Source of the DNA: Thermoflexia bacterium
GTDB lineage: Bacteria; Chloroflexota; Anaerolineae; B4-G1
DNA length: 64,000 nucleotides
Direction: 5' to 3'
Assembly: GCA_011192155.1 (NCBI GenBank)
Contig: DUEK01000002.1
Coordinates: 12,388 to 76,387, forward strand
Both the position numbers and the translations under genes were made by a program. Numbering within the stretch: the stretch's first letter is position 1; each line of letters begins with the position of its first letter. This document shows, one piece after another, positions 1 through 9,027 of the stretch. Under the pieces are notes generated by a model. That model was given only the letters and a program-made list of their open reading frames with translations, was not told the DNA's origin and searched no databases.

Positions 1-2
1 TG

Positions 3-2105
3 AATAGCGGCGGCCCGTTTCCGGTGTTGGGCGTAACCTACGGGCCGTGGTTCTACGTTCACAGTGTATATTCCTACCTCCTGCTTTTGTTCGGCATATT
101 CTTGCTCTACCAGACGCACCGGCGCGCCATCAAAAAGCGCCTGTACCGCAGCCAAACGGGCTTGCTGATAATCAGCGCGCTCGCGCTGTTGGCAGCTAAC
201 GCACTTGATACCGGCGGACTGAACCCTTTCCCTTACCTGGCCTTGACCCCTCTGGCTTTCACCATAACGGGGCTGATATTGTTCTGGAACCTGTACCGCC
301 TGCGTTTGTTCGATATCGTGCCGGTGGCCCGCGACCTCGTCATCGAGAGTATAGAGGACGCGGTGATTGCCCTGGATGATCAAGACCGTATCGTGGATTT
401 GAACACGGCTGCGGGACAAATCCTAGATCGCCCAGTGGCGAAAATGATTGGGCAACCGGTCGACCTGGCGTTTTCCCATTGGCCTGATCTGGTGGAGCGC
501 TATCGCACCGCATCCGAGACGGGGGCTACGTTTGACCTCGTCACAGCGCAACACCATTTTGACGCGCGCCTTTCGCTCCTGCGTGACCGGTCGAACCGCA
601 CCATCGGTCGCCTGATCGTTTTGCACGATGTCACCGCGCGGCTGCGGGCAGAGCGGGCGCTGCAACAGGTGCGCGACGATTTGGAGAGACGGGTCGAGGA
701 GCGAACGTCCGAGCTCTCACAGGTCAACATACAATTGAAGCGCGAAATTGTCGAGCGCGAACTGGCGGAGGAGAGGTCACAGCGGTTGTTGGATCAACAA
801 GTCGCCGTCAACCAACTGTCCCTGGCCCTGGGCCAAACCCATGACCTGGACGAGATTTACTATATCATCTATGACCACGCACGGCTGTTGATGGACGTCG
901 TATCTTTCATCGTCTCATCATACAATCCACAAGAGCGATTGATCCACGCCGAGTTTGTCATCGTCAATGGGACTGTCCTGGACGCCGCCGATTTGCCCCC
1001 TATCCTGCTGGAAGAGCCAGGGTGCGGCACGCAGAGCCGCGTCATCCGCACGGGCAAACCACTCTACGTTCCTGACTGGCGGCGGGCGATGGAGCAAACC
1101 CAGGTTCAGTATCAGATTAACGATACGAGCAACGATATCTTTCCCGGCCCGCCTCCGCCAGAAGCAGAACCAGAGTCAACCAACTCGGCTCTCCTGACGC
1201 CGATGCGGGTCAGGGGAGAAACCGTTGGCGTGATGCAGGTGCAGAGTTACCAATTAGACGCCTACAGCTCGGATGATCTCGACCTCCTGGCGGCGCTGGC
1301 GAACGTGTCCGCCGTCGCCATTGAGAATGTGCGGCTGTATACCAAGGAGCAACAGCGCGCTGCCAGGTTAACCCGTATTCTGGAGCAACAACAAGAACTG
1401 GATAGTCTCAAGGACGCGGTCATCCAAAACGTCTCCCACGAACTGCGCACTCCTTTGGCCATTGCCCAGGGCTATGCCGAGTTGTTGGAAAGCGGCGACC
1501 TGGGTGAGTTGAGCACCGGGCAGCAGGAGGCGATGAGCATAGTCGCCCGGCGTATACGCGCGCTCGGCGGGATAATAGGGAACTTTACCGGCATTCTGGA
1601 TGCCGAGACGCGCAACCTGGCGCGGGAGTCGGTGAACCTGGCCGACCTGGTGCGCGAGCCGCTGGCCGATTTCCAGGCCATTGCGGAGCAGGTGCAGTTG
1701 ACGCTGACGGCGCAAGTAGCGCCCGGCTTGCCGCCGGTGTGGGGCGACCCCTTTCGCCTACGGCAGGTGGTGGACAATTTGCTGGACAATGCCATCAAGT
1801 TTACGCCGGCTGGCGGTCACATCACTGCGCGGTTGAGGCGGGAGCAAGAAGGCGTGTTGTTGGAGGTGACAGATACCGGAATCGGCATCCCGCCCGATAG
1901 GCTGGAGCGCGTCTTTGAACGCTTTTACCAGGTGGATGGCAGTACGACCCGGCGCTACGGCGGAACTGGGCTGGGACTGGCGTTGGTCAAAGAAGTCGTG
2001 GAGGCGCACAGAGGCCGGGTGGGCGTGGAGAGCAGGGAGGGAGTAGGCAGCGTATTTGTCGTCTGGCTGCCGGTGGAAGGAGCGGTTGGTGAGGAGAAAG
2101 AGTGA
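3..2105 (+). CDS. Sensor histidine kinase, probably 5'-truncated by the window edge (multi-TM N-terminus, PAS, GAF, HisKA, HATPase_c)
   Basis: The frame is open from nt 3 with no stop before the track's GTG at 24, so the gene likely starts upstream. Hydrophobic N-terminal helices. PAS-like 'IEDAVIALDDQDRIVDLNTAAGQIL'. H-box 'VSHELRTPLA'. ATPase boxes 'DNLLDNAIKFT', 'DTGIGIP', 'GGTGLGLALV'. Confidence 0.85.
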   Translation, partial: NSGGPFPVLGVTYGPWFYVHSVYSYLLLLFGIFLLYQTHRRAIKKRLYRSQTGLLIISALALLAANALDTGGLNPFPYLALTPLAFTITGLILFWNLYRLRLFDIVPVARDLVIESIEDAVIALDDQDRIVDLNTAAGQILDRPVAKMIGQPVDLAFSHWPDLVERYRTASETGATFDLVTAQHHFDARLSLLRDRSNRTIGRLIVLHDVTARLRAERALQQVRDDLERRVEERTSELSQVNIQLKREIVERELAEERSQRLLDQQVAVNQLSLALGQTHDLDEIYYIIYDHARLLMDVVSFIVSSYNPQERLIHAEFVIVNGTVLDAADLPPILLEEPGCGTQSRVIRTGKPLYVPDWRRAMEQTQVQYQINDTSNDIFPGPPPPEAEPESTNSALLTPMRVRGETVGVMQVQSYQLDAYSSDDLDLLAALANVSAVAIENVRLYTKEQQRAARLTRILEQQQELDSLKDAVIQNVSHELRTPLAIAQGYAELLESGDLGELSTGQQEAMSIVARRIRALGGIIGNFTGILDAETRNLARESVNLADLVREPLADFQAIAEQVQLTLTAQVAPGLPPVWGDPFRLRQVVDNLLDNAIKFTPAGGHITARLRREQEGVLLEVTDTGIGIPPDRLERVFERFYQVDGSTTRRYGGTGLGLALVKEVVEAHRGRVGVESREGVGSVFVVWLPVEGAVGEEKE

Positions 2106-2106
2106 G

Positions 2107-5100
2107 ATGGAGGAGCATACCCAAGCGCGGCCCGTTTCTTGGAAGCGAAAACTGTATTTTCTAGCTTATTACGCCATACTGCCCGCCGCAGTCACATTGC
2201 TCGTTAGCCTGGGGTGGTACGCGGTGTTTCACCAGAGCCAGACGCTGACCCAGGCAGCCATCACGGCTTACCAACAGACCGAGCTAGAGATCGTGCGGAT
2301 GGCGGCGCGCAGCGTGAACAATTACGTTCATGATCAGATAGAGATACACGGCCGCAGCGACATTGTTGAGATTGAACAAGAAATTTTTCGCCGGTTCATC
2401 GCCCCCATTCTCCTGCTGGAGCACGGCGATGCCTGGATTTACGCCCCCGACCACGTCGTATTTGATCTGAGCAGTGATTTTCCCGACGAATACCGGGGCA
2501 AAAGCATGGCCGAGATATTCGCCCTGCAAGTAGAAAACGGGGCCAGCCACTATGAGGAGATGACGGAGGCGGTGACGAACGCGCGCGAGGGCGTGGGCTG
2601 GTACATCTGGCTGCCAGACAAGGGCAAAGAGATCGCCGCCTGGACGCCGGTGCGAGTGGGCGAGCGCGTCTGGACGATTGGCCTTTCCACGCCGCTGCCC
2701 GAGATTCTGGAATCTACCGGCGCGGCGCGGCAGATGCAGGTGTTGAGGATAATGATGAGTTGGGAGACTGTGGGGGCATTGGTTCTGCTGCTCGCTTGGG
2801 TGATGGGCACGCTGCAACGCCAGCGAACCGATCTGGCTCTGCGGGAGAGCGAGGCGCAGTACCGCCAGTCCGTAGAGAACTCGCCCAACCCAATTTTTTC
2901 CGTTGACCGGCAAGGAATTATCCAGACCTGGACCCCGGCCTGTGGGCGGTTTTTTCAATATGAGCCAGAGGAGGTTATCGGGCAGCCGTATCGCAAGTTG
3001 CTGTGGGAGCCTGACGATGCTCGCGCCGTCAAAGCTATGTTGGCCCAAGTTTGGCAGGGGCGTTCGTTGAGCGATCAGGATATGACATATCGTTCTCAAG
3101 ACGGGACACAGCGGTTCACGGTCTCCCGGTTGTACCCTTTGCGCGATCCCGATGGTAGTGTGCGAGGATGCACATTTGCCAACACCGACGTCACTGCGCG
3201 GGTGCGGGCCGAGCGCGAGATCAAAGAGCGCCGCATATACCTCGAAGGCGTCCTGGCGGCCACCCCCGATGCCATCGTCACCCTGAATGCTCAACATAAA
3301 ATCGTGGAGTGGAACCCGGGCGCAGAGAGGTTGTTCGGATACTCGCCGGAGGAGGCAATGGGCCGAGATCTGGACGCCCTGATCACCAATCCCGGTGTCC
3401 GGGAGGAAGCGCTCGGTTTTACGAGTATGGCCCTCGACGAGGGGAAACCGACAGGGCCGGTGGAAACCGTCCGTTACCGCCAGGATGGCTCTCCGGTGAA
3501 CGTGATCTTGACCGGAGCGCCCATTATCCTGGACGGCGAGCTGATCGGGGCAGTCGCAGTCTATACCAACATCACCGCGCGAGTGCGGGCGGCGGAGGCG
3601 CTGCGCGAGTCGGAGAAAAAGTACCGGGAACTGGTAGACAATTCGCTGGTGGGCATCTATATCACCCAGAATCACGTGTTGAAATTCTGCAACCAGGGAT
3701 TGGCCGACATATTTGGCTATCGGAGCATCGGGGAAATTGAAGGAGAACACGTCAGGGATCTGGTCGCGCCCGAAAGTTGGGAGCGGGTGGATAGAGAAGT
3801 AAGATTGAGGGAATCGGCCCAGAAGGACGCCACGCGCTACGAGTTCAGGGGAGTTCGACAGGATGGCGCTACCTTTGACGTAGAGGTGCTGGGCAAGCGC
3901 ATCACTTACCATGGGAAACCGGCCATCCAGGGCACGATGATCGACGTCACCGAGCGCAAGCGGGCGGAGCGCCTGTTGCAAGCCTTAAACCAGGCCGCCC
4001 TCGCTATGGGAAATGCCCATACGCCAAAAAAGACATTGGCCGCGGTGGCGGCGACGCTCAAGGAGCTTGGCTTCACCTGCATGATCCTTCTAGTAGACGA
4101 GAACCAAAGCAAGTTATCTGTCGAGTACTTGGGCATTGCGAGCCGGTTGGTCGAAGCTGCCGAAAAGTTGGCGGGTATAAAGCGACAAGATATCTTGATC
4201 CCCATCGAAAACCTAGATACATACAAGCAGGTCATCTGGGAGGGAAAGACCATTTTCATAGAGGATGTAACAGAGAGTATGCGACAGGCATTGCCTGGCT
4301 TTGCCAAGCGCTTGGCGGGGCGGCTGGTAGAGATGCTGAATTTGCGGACAGGCATTGTCGCTCCTCTTATCGTGGAAGGCGAGGCCGTCGGACTGCTCTC
4401 GGTGCAGGCGGATGACCTGACCGAGAGCGATACGCCAGTCATCATCGCCTTTGCTCATCAGGTGGCCGCCGCCTGGCGCAAGGCCGAGTTGTTCGAGCAG
4501 GCGCGACGTGAAATCGTCGAGCGCAAGCGGGTGGAGGACGTGCTGCGTCAGCGCACGGCCGAGCTGGAAGCGCGCAACGAGGAACTGGACGCCTTTGCTC
4601 ACACCGTAGCTCACGATCTCAAAGCCCCGCTTACTCCCATAATCGCCTATGCTGAGATATTGGCGGAGGACTATGCCGCCAAAATGGATCCCCAGGAGTT
4701 GCAGTTCTTGCGCAACATTGCGCGGGGCGGGCACAGAATGGGGCGCATCATTGACGAGCTAATGCTGCTGGCCGGGCTGCGAGAGATGGATCCGCAGTTC
4801 GAACCGCTGGACATGGCCGCTATCGTATCCGAGGTCCAGGCGCGATTGGCCCAAAGTATCGAGCAGTCTCGGGCCGACATCACTCTGCCAGAGACCTGGC
4901 CGGCGGTGCTGGGCTATGGGCCGTGGGTGGAGGAAGTGTGGGTCAACTATCTCAGCAATGCGCTCAAGTACGGGGGAAAACCGGAGGAGGGAACCCCGCC
5001 GCGCATCGAGTTAGGCTTTGACGAACTTGTAAACTCGCACATTCGTTTCTGGATACGCGATAACGGCCTCAGTCTCACGCCAGAGGAACAGGCGCAGTTG

Positions 5101-5274
5101 TTCACATCATTCACGCGGCTCAACCACGCGCGCGCCGAAGGGCATGGTCTGGGGTTGTCCATCGTGCGCCGCATCGTGGAAAAGCTGGGGGGGCAGGTAG
5201 GGGTAGAGGGTGAGATAGGCCGGGGAAACCTCTTTTTCTTCACCCTGCCAGGCATTGAAGGGAGCAAGTTATGA
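2107..5274 (+). CDS. Sensor histidine kinase (2 TM flanking a Cache-like periplasmic domain, 3 PAS, GAF-like, HisKA, HATPase_c)
   Basis: ATG at 2107 (M18 of the track ORF) follows a GGAG-rich stretch and avoids overlapping the upstream gene. PAS motifs 'NPIFSVDRQGIIQTW', 'PDAIVTLNAQHKIVEWNPGAERLFGY', 'VGIYITQNHVLKFCNQG'. H-box 'VAHDLKAPLT'. G-box 'GHGLGLSIV'. Confidence 0.85.
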   Translation: MEEHTQARPVSWKRKLYFLAYYAILPAAVTLLVSLGWYAVFHQSQTLTQAAITAYQQTELEIVRMAARSVNNYVHDQIEIHGRSDIVEIEQEIFRRFIAPILLLEHGDAWIYAPDHVVFDLSSDFPDEYRGKSMAEIFALQVENGASHYEEMTEAVTNAREGVGWYIWLPDKGKEIAAWTPVRVGERVWTIGLSTPLPEILESTGAARQMQVLRIMMSWETVGALVLLLAWVMGTLQRQRTDLALRESEAQYRQSVENSPNPIFSVDRQGIIQTWTPACGRFFQYEPEEVIGQPYRKLLWEPDDARAVKAMLAQVWQGRSLSDQDMTYRSQDGTQRFTVSRLYPLRDPDGSVRGCTFANTDVTARVRAEREIKERRIYLEGVLAATPDAIVTLNAQHKIVEWNPGAERLFGYSPEEAMGRDLDALITNPGVREEALGFTSMALDEGKPTGPVETVRYRQDGSPVNVILTGAPIILDGELIGAVAVYTNITARVRAAEALRESEKKYRELVDNSLVGIYITQNHVLKFCNQGLADIFGYRSIGEIEGEHVRDLVAPESWERVDREVRLRESAQKDATRYEFRGVRQDGATFDVEVLGKRITYHGKPAIQGTMIDVTERKRAERLLQALNQAALAMGNAHTPKKTLAAVAATLKELGFTCMILLVDENQSKLSVEYLGIASRLVEAAEKLAGIKRQDILIPIENLDTYKQVIWEGKTIFIEDVTESMRQALPGFAKRLAGRLVEMLNLRTGIVAPLIVEGEAVGLLSVQADDLTESDTPVIIAFAHQVAAAWRKAELFEQARREIVERKRVEDVLRQRTAELEARNEELDAFAHTVAHDLKAPLTPIIAYAEILAEDYAAKMDPQELQFLRNIARGGHRMGRIIDELMLLAGLREMDPQFEPLDMAAIVSEVQARLAQSIEQSRADITLPETWPAVLGYGPWVEEVWVNYLSNALKYGGKPEEGTPPRIELGFDELVNSHIRFWIRDNGLSLTPEEQAQLFTSFTRLNHARAEGHGLGLSIVRRIVEKLGGQVGVEGEIGRGNLFFFTLPGIEGSKL

Positions 5275-6356
5275 CGATCCACAAGCGTAAAGAGATGGTC
5301 AACCGGCGCGAGTTCCTGAAAGGAGCGGCGACGCTGGGAAGCGCTGCTCTGACAGCGCGCCTCTTGGGTAATGTGGCTGCGCCAGCGCAGGCGGACGCCG
5401 GTGAGCTGGAGCATCACATTTACCTGCCGGCCGTTTCCGGCCAACGAGCCTCGGTTAATGCCGCCCCTGCCGGTTCCTCGAAACTTGGTCTGCACACCTT
5501 GCGCGCCGACGGCGCGGAATCGTTCGTGCGAGACGTACACGATGCCGGCGCGCATGTGGCGCTGGTCAAGGGTGTGGATGAGTTCGGTTATTTGCGCATG
5601 GTCAAAACAATCTCACCCCAGACAGTCACCATCGGCCGCTCGAACGTTGTGCAGGCGGTGTCTCCCAGCGGCGACCCGGTGGAGGCGGCGGTGTGGCTGA
5701 TGGATCAACACATGCCCAAGTGGCAGTGGGAGGCGGACATTGTAGATTATTGGGAGATACAGAACGAGAACGACCCGCCCACCATAGCGGGCCACGTCTG
5801 GCTGGCGGAGGTGTACATCGCCGCTATGGGAATCGCCGAGGAGAACGGACACAAGCTGGCGATCTTTTCCTACAGCACCGGCGTGCCCCAGTGGCACGAG
5901 TGGGAGGCCATCGTAGAGACGGGTGTCTTTGCGCGGGCCAAAGCGGGAGGCCACATCCTGGCGCTGCACGAGTATGGTTGGCCGACGACGGATAATCGTT
6001 GGGGCGAGGCCACCGAGGACCTGCCTCCCTACCAAGACCGGGGTGTTTTGACGGGCCGCTACCGCTACCTCTACCGCGACTTTCTCATCCCGCGCGGAGA
6101 GGTCATCCCGCTGGCGATCACCGAGAGCGGACTTGACCCGCTGCTGGAAAACGCCCCCCCGGGTGATTGGAAACATCGTTACGTGGACACCATGATCTGG
6201 TACGATACCAAGTTGCGCGAGGACGATTACGTCATCGGCGCGACGATGTTTACACTCGGCCCTTATGGTATTTGGGAGAACTATGATTATGAGGAATTAC
6301 TGCGGCCCAATTCTTACGGCGATAACTTTCGGGACTATATCGTCTCGCTGGGGTAG
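5271..6356 (+). CDS. Tat-signal secreted protein, TIM-barrel glycoside-hydrolase-like (clan GH-A-like)
   Basis: Twin-arginine motif 'NRREFLKGAATLG...AQA'. 'YWEIQNEND' (NE acid/base-like) and 'ITESGLD' (nucleophile-like) have the spacing typical of GH-A enzymes. ATGA overlap with the upstream kinase stop. Family not verified. Confidence 0.45.
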   Translation: MTIHKRKEMVNRREFLKGAATLGSAALTARLLGNVAAPAQADAGELEHHIYLPAVSGQRASVNAAPAGSSKLGLHTLRADGAESFVRDVHDAGAHVALVKGVDEFGYLRMVKTISPQTVTIGRSNVVQAVSPSGDPVEAAVWLMDQHMPKWQWEADIVDYWEIQNENDPPTIAGHVWLAEVYIAAMGIAEENGHKLAIFSYSTGVPQWHEWEAIVETGVFARAKAGGHILALHEYGWPTTDNRWGEATEDLPPYQDRGVLTGRYRYLYRDFLIPRGEVIPLAITESGLDPLLENAPPGDWKHRYVDTMIWYDTKLREDDYVIGATMFTLGPYGIWENYDYEELLRPNSYGDNFRDYIVSLG

Positions 6357-6857
6357 AGTGGCAGGTGGCAAGTCATCCTCCGACCAGACGGCTATGCCGC
6401 GCCGTCGGAGGAGCGCGGCCGTCACTCCCTGACCGGCCCTCAGTTTTCCCGTGTGCGCGCCGTTGTAGATGCAATCGCTGCCGCAGGAAGGGCTGCGCTG
6501 CTTGAGGATAGCCCCGGCGACGCTGTACCGCTGCGCGACTGCCAACGCGCACTCCGCCCCGCGCACGTAGGCCGCGGTCACATCCTCTCCTGTGATCGTC
6601 ACCACCCGCGCTCGCCCGTCCAGTACGTCGTTTCCGTCCCCGCCCACGATCTCGGCCGGCGGACGAGGCGTCGGCAAACCTCCCGCCGCCTCGGGGCAGA
6701 TCGGCGCGACCTGCCCTCGCGCCGCCAGGGGTAGCAACTCGGCCTGAAGCCGGCTGTCGCCGTCGTAGGCCGTGGGGATTCCCAGCAGGCACGCGCTGAC
6801 CAGGTAAACGGGGCTATCCCAGGACTGTTCAGTTCTAAGCAGACTCGATAGATCCAA
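6297..6857 (-). CDS. DUF523 family protein (TudS/YbbK-like, Cys-rich)
   Basis: 'VYLVSACLLG', 'ICPE..GGLPTPR' and 'KQRSPSCG' are typical of DUF523. TTG start at 6857 is uncertain. The 3' end overlaps the convergent gene by 60 nt. Confidence 0.6.
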   Translation of the reverse strand: MDLSSLLRTEQSWDSPVYLVSACLLGIPTAYDGDSRLQAELLPLAARGQVAPICPEAAGGLPTPRPPAEIVGGDGNDVLDGRARVVTITGEDVTAAYVRGAECALAVAQRYSVAGAILKQRSPSCGSDCIYNGAHTGKLRAGQGVTAALLRRRGIAVWSEDDLPPATLPQRDDIVPKVIAVRIGPQ

Positions 6858-6873
6858 TTTTCACGAAATCCAA

Positions 6874-7192
6874 GCGTAGACGTAACTGCTCAGCCAGGTA
6901 GTCATTGCACAGAGTCATACAGAGAATGCACAGAGAATTACAGAGATATGTGCTTACGTCCGCCCAGAGGCGAGCGTCCGCCAGCAATTCCCGTTATGGG
7001 GGAAAAGTCAGGTCGTAGCCGCGATTTCGCAATCGCGCAGGGCGCTTTACGCGGAAAAACAGACGCGATTTGGAAATCGCGGCTACAAAACGGGAATTGC
7101 TGAGCGTCCGCAGGCAAGCTTTTCTCTTTTCCCTCCGTGAAACTCTGTGCATCTCGGTGTTCCAGGTTATGCCTGAGCAGTTACGCGTAGAC
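6874..7192. mobile_element. MITE-like non-autonomous element (copy 1) with terminal inverted repeats and an 8-bp direct flank
   Basis: Direct repeat GCGTAGAC at 6874-6881 and 7185-7192. TIRs GTAACTGCTCAG (6882-6893) and CTGAGCAGTTAC (7173-7184). Subterminal CACAGAG/CTCTGTG repeats. Nested inverted repeat GTAGCCGCGATTTC...GAAATCGCGGCTAC. No ORF. Confidence 0.6.
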
Positions 7193-7377
7193 CAAGATTG
7201 GTAGTCACGTGCGCGACGTAGTGGAATGCGGTTGACGCCACTTCACAGACGATTATAGGAGACATTCGCGGCAAGTCAAGCTCTTGCGGCAAATGAATGC
7301 GCCGGCTACGAGTCAGGGGGTTGCCACTCTCGTCTGTAGCGAGTACAATCGGGTGAAAGCAAAAAGAGTGGATACCA

Positions 7378-8205
7378 ATGACAAAGCCTCAAATCCCAAG
7401 TCTCAAACCCCTGATGGCCTGTTGTTCATTGTTCATCGTCCTGGCGGCGTGCGCCCCTCCCGACGACGTCTGGAATCGCGTACTTGAGACCGGAACCTTG
7501 CGCGTGGGGATGGACGCCAGCTTTCCGCCCTTTGAGAGCATTTCCGCCGATGGCGCGTTGGCGGGGTTTGACGTGGCCCTGGCGCGTGAGTTGGGCCGGC
7601 GATTGGGCGTCAAGGTAGAGTTCGTCGCCAACTTGCCCTACGACGGTCTCTACGATGCGTTGACGGCGGGCGCCGACCGCAGCCGGTCGGGCGTGGACGC
7701 CGTCATCTCCGCCCTGGTCATCAATCCCGATAGGATGGCCGATTTTGCCTACTCGGTTTCCTACTTTGACGCAGGGCAGGTGTTGGTGATGCGTGAGGGG
7801 GAGACCGGCGTTGGAGGGATGGCTGACCTGGGCGGGCGCGCGCTGGCGGCCGAGTTCGGGACGCGGGGGGATATGGAGGCGCGCAAGTGGGCGCGGGAAT
7901 TATCCGACCTGACTATCTTGCCTTGTCAGACGGCGGCCGAGGCGCTGGGGGCGGTCGCGGCGGGGGAGGCTGATGTTGCGCTGGTAGATCACGTCTCGGC
8001 GCTAGGTCAAACCCCAGGGGTTTCAGAAAACCCCTGGGGTTTAGTCGTTATAGGAAAGCCAGTTGTTGAGGAACCTTATGCTGTAGCTGTGCGCAAAGAA
8101 AGCCAGCGCCTCTTGCGAGCGATCAACGAGGCGCTGGCAGAGATGGAAGCGGATGGAACAATGAGCGCGCTGGTCGAGCGGTGGCTGCTAGGAAATAGTT
8201 TTTGA
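7378..8205 (+). CDS. Amino-acid ABC transporter substrate-binding lipoprotein (family 3 SBP)
   Basis: Lipobox 'LAAC'. SBP_bac_3-like 'LRVGMDASFPPFE', 'GFDVALARELGRRLGVKVEFV', 'VDAVISALVINPDR'. Carries an in-frame palindromic repeat at 8009-8042. Confidence 0.8.
   Translation: MTKPQIPSLKPLMACCSLFIVLAACAPPDDVWNRVLETGTLRVGMDASFPPFESISADGALAGFDVALARELGRRLGVKVEFVANLPYDGLYDALTAGADRSRSGVDAVISALVINPDRMADFAYSVSYFDAGQVLVMREGETGVGGMADLGGRALAAEFGTRGDMEARKWARELSDLTILPCQTAAEALGAVAAGEADVALVDHVSALGQTPGVSENPWGLVVIGKPVVEEPYAVAVRKESQRLLRAINEALAEMEADGTMSALVERWLLGNSF
8009..8042. repeat. Palindromic repeat (GGTTTCAGAAAACC-centred) inserted in-frame in the binding-protein CDS
   Basis: AAACCCCAGGGGTTT-CAG-AAAACCCCTGGGGTTT, translated as 'QTPGVSENPWGL'. 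Same family as 14888-14920, 38346-38372, 55218-55244 and 57935-57974. Confidence 0.75.
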
Positions 8206-8270
8206 AAAAGGCCCAAAACCCGCCAGGCTGTTTCTTCCACAATGAAGAGCGCCGCAAGGGTTTTGGGCGC
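8203..8270 (-). repeat. Long-hairpin repeat element (family C), terminator-like, between convergent genes
   Basis: Arms GCCCAAAACCC (8211-8221) and GGGTTTTGGGC (8258-8268). The reverse complement of the interior closely matches the element at 14712-14775. Flanked by TTTTTGAAAAA. Confidence 0.55.
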
Positions 8271-8280
8271 TGTCCGCCAA

Positions 8281-9027
8281 CTAGAGAATATGGCTCAAGA
8301 ACAGCCGTGTTCTCTCTTCCTTTGGGTTGACAAAGAGCTCTTCAGTGGATGCCTCCTCGACGATGCTCCCAGCATCAAGAAATACCATGCGATCAGCGGC
8401 GGCTCTGGCAAAGCTCATCTCGTGGGAGACGATCACCATCGTCATGCCCTCCTTCGCCAGGTCGAGCATCACATCCAGCACCTCGCGGATCATCTCGGGG
8501 TCGAGCGCCGAGGTCGGTTCGTCAAAGAGCATGATCTTGGGGTCCATCGCCAGCGCCCGGGCCATAGCCACGCGCTGTTGCTGTCCGCCGGAGAGTTGAT
8601 CGGGATAGACGTCGGCTTTTTCGGGCAGGCCTACTCGCTTCAATAGTCGGCGCGCGGTTTCTTCAGCTTCCTTTTTGGAGCGGTCAAGCACCTTCTCCTG
8701 CGCCAGTGTGATGTTCTGCAACGCGGTCAGGTGGGGGAAGAGGTTGAATAGTTGAAACACCATCCCTACTTCCGTCCGCACCTTGTCAATATCCACCTGT
8801 TTATCGGTGACGCAGACGCCGTCTATGACGATGCGGCCGCGATCCACTTTTTCCAGTTGGTTGATACAGCGCAAGAAGGTGGACTTGCCTCCCCCGCTGG
8901 GTCCAAATATAAAGACCACCTCACCCTGATGGACGTCCAGGCTGACGTCTACCACGGCATGGACGTGTCCAAAGCTCTTGTAGACGTGCTCGACTTGTAT
9001 GATGGGGTCATTTGTGTTATTTGTCAC
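8281..9027 (-). CDS. Amino-acid ABC transporter ATP-binding protein (GlnQ/HisP-like)
   Basis: Walker A 'GPSGGGKST', signature '[15 protein letters not shown]', Walker B '[11 protein letters not shown]', H-loop 'VSHEM'. Confidence 0.9.
   Translation of the reverse strand: MTNNTNDPIIQVEHVYKSFGHVHAVVDVSLDVHQGEVVFIFGPSGGGKSTFLRCINQLEKVDRGRIVIDGVCVTDKQVDIDKVRTEVGMVFQLFNLFPHLTALQNITLAQEKVLDRSKKEAEETARRLLKRVGLPEKADVYPDQLSGGQQQRVAMARALAMDPKIMLFDEPTSALDPEMIREVLDVMLDLAKEGMTMVIVSHEMSFARAAADRMVFLDAGSIVEEASTEELFVNPKEERTRLFLSHIL

Noticed and set aside
2284-3981. 565-aa ORF antisense to the 2107-5274 kinase. Similar long shadow ORFs occur at 10169-10942, 13945-14778, 16761-17393, 23392-24027, 31442-32314, 36795-37526, 39596-40327, 43223-43912, 43958-44755, 45915-46673, 46868-47635, 48604-49263, 51337-52158, 56929-57615, 59083-59658, 61156-61809 and 62490-63263.
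   Set aside because: All lie opposite or out of frame to ORFs with unmistakable domain motifs. Their translations are Arg/Gly/Pro/Ala-rich low-complexity sequences typical of stop-poor alternative frames in ~60% GC DNA. None shows a recognisable motif.
7284-7487. 67-aa ORF overlapping the start of the binding-protein gene.
   Set aside because: It is out of frame with the well-supported SBP CDS. Its product has no signal or motif.
8242-8646. 134-aa + strand ORF.
   Set aside because: It is antisense to the ABC ATPase gene, whose Walker A, signature and Walker B motifs are unambiguous.
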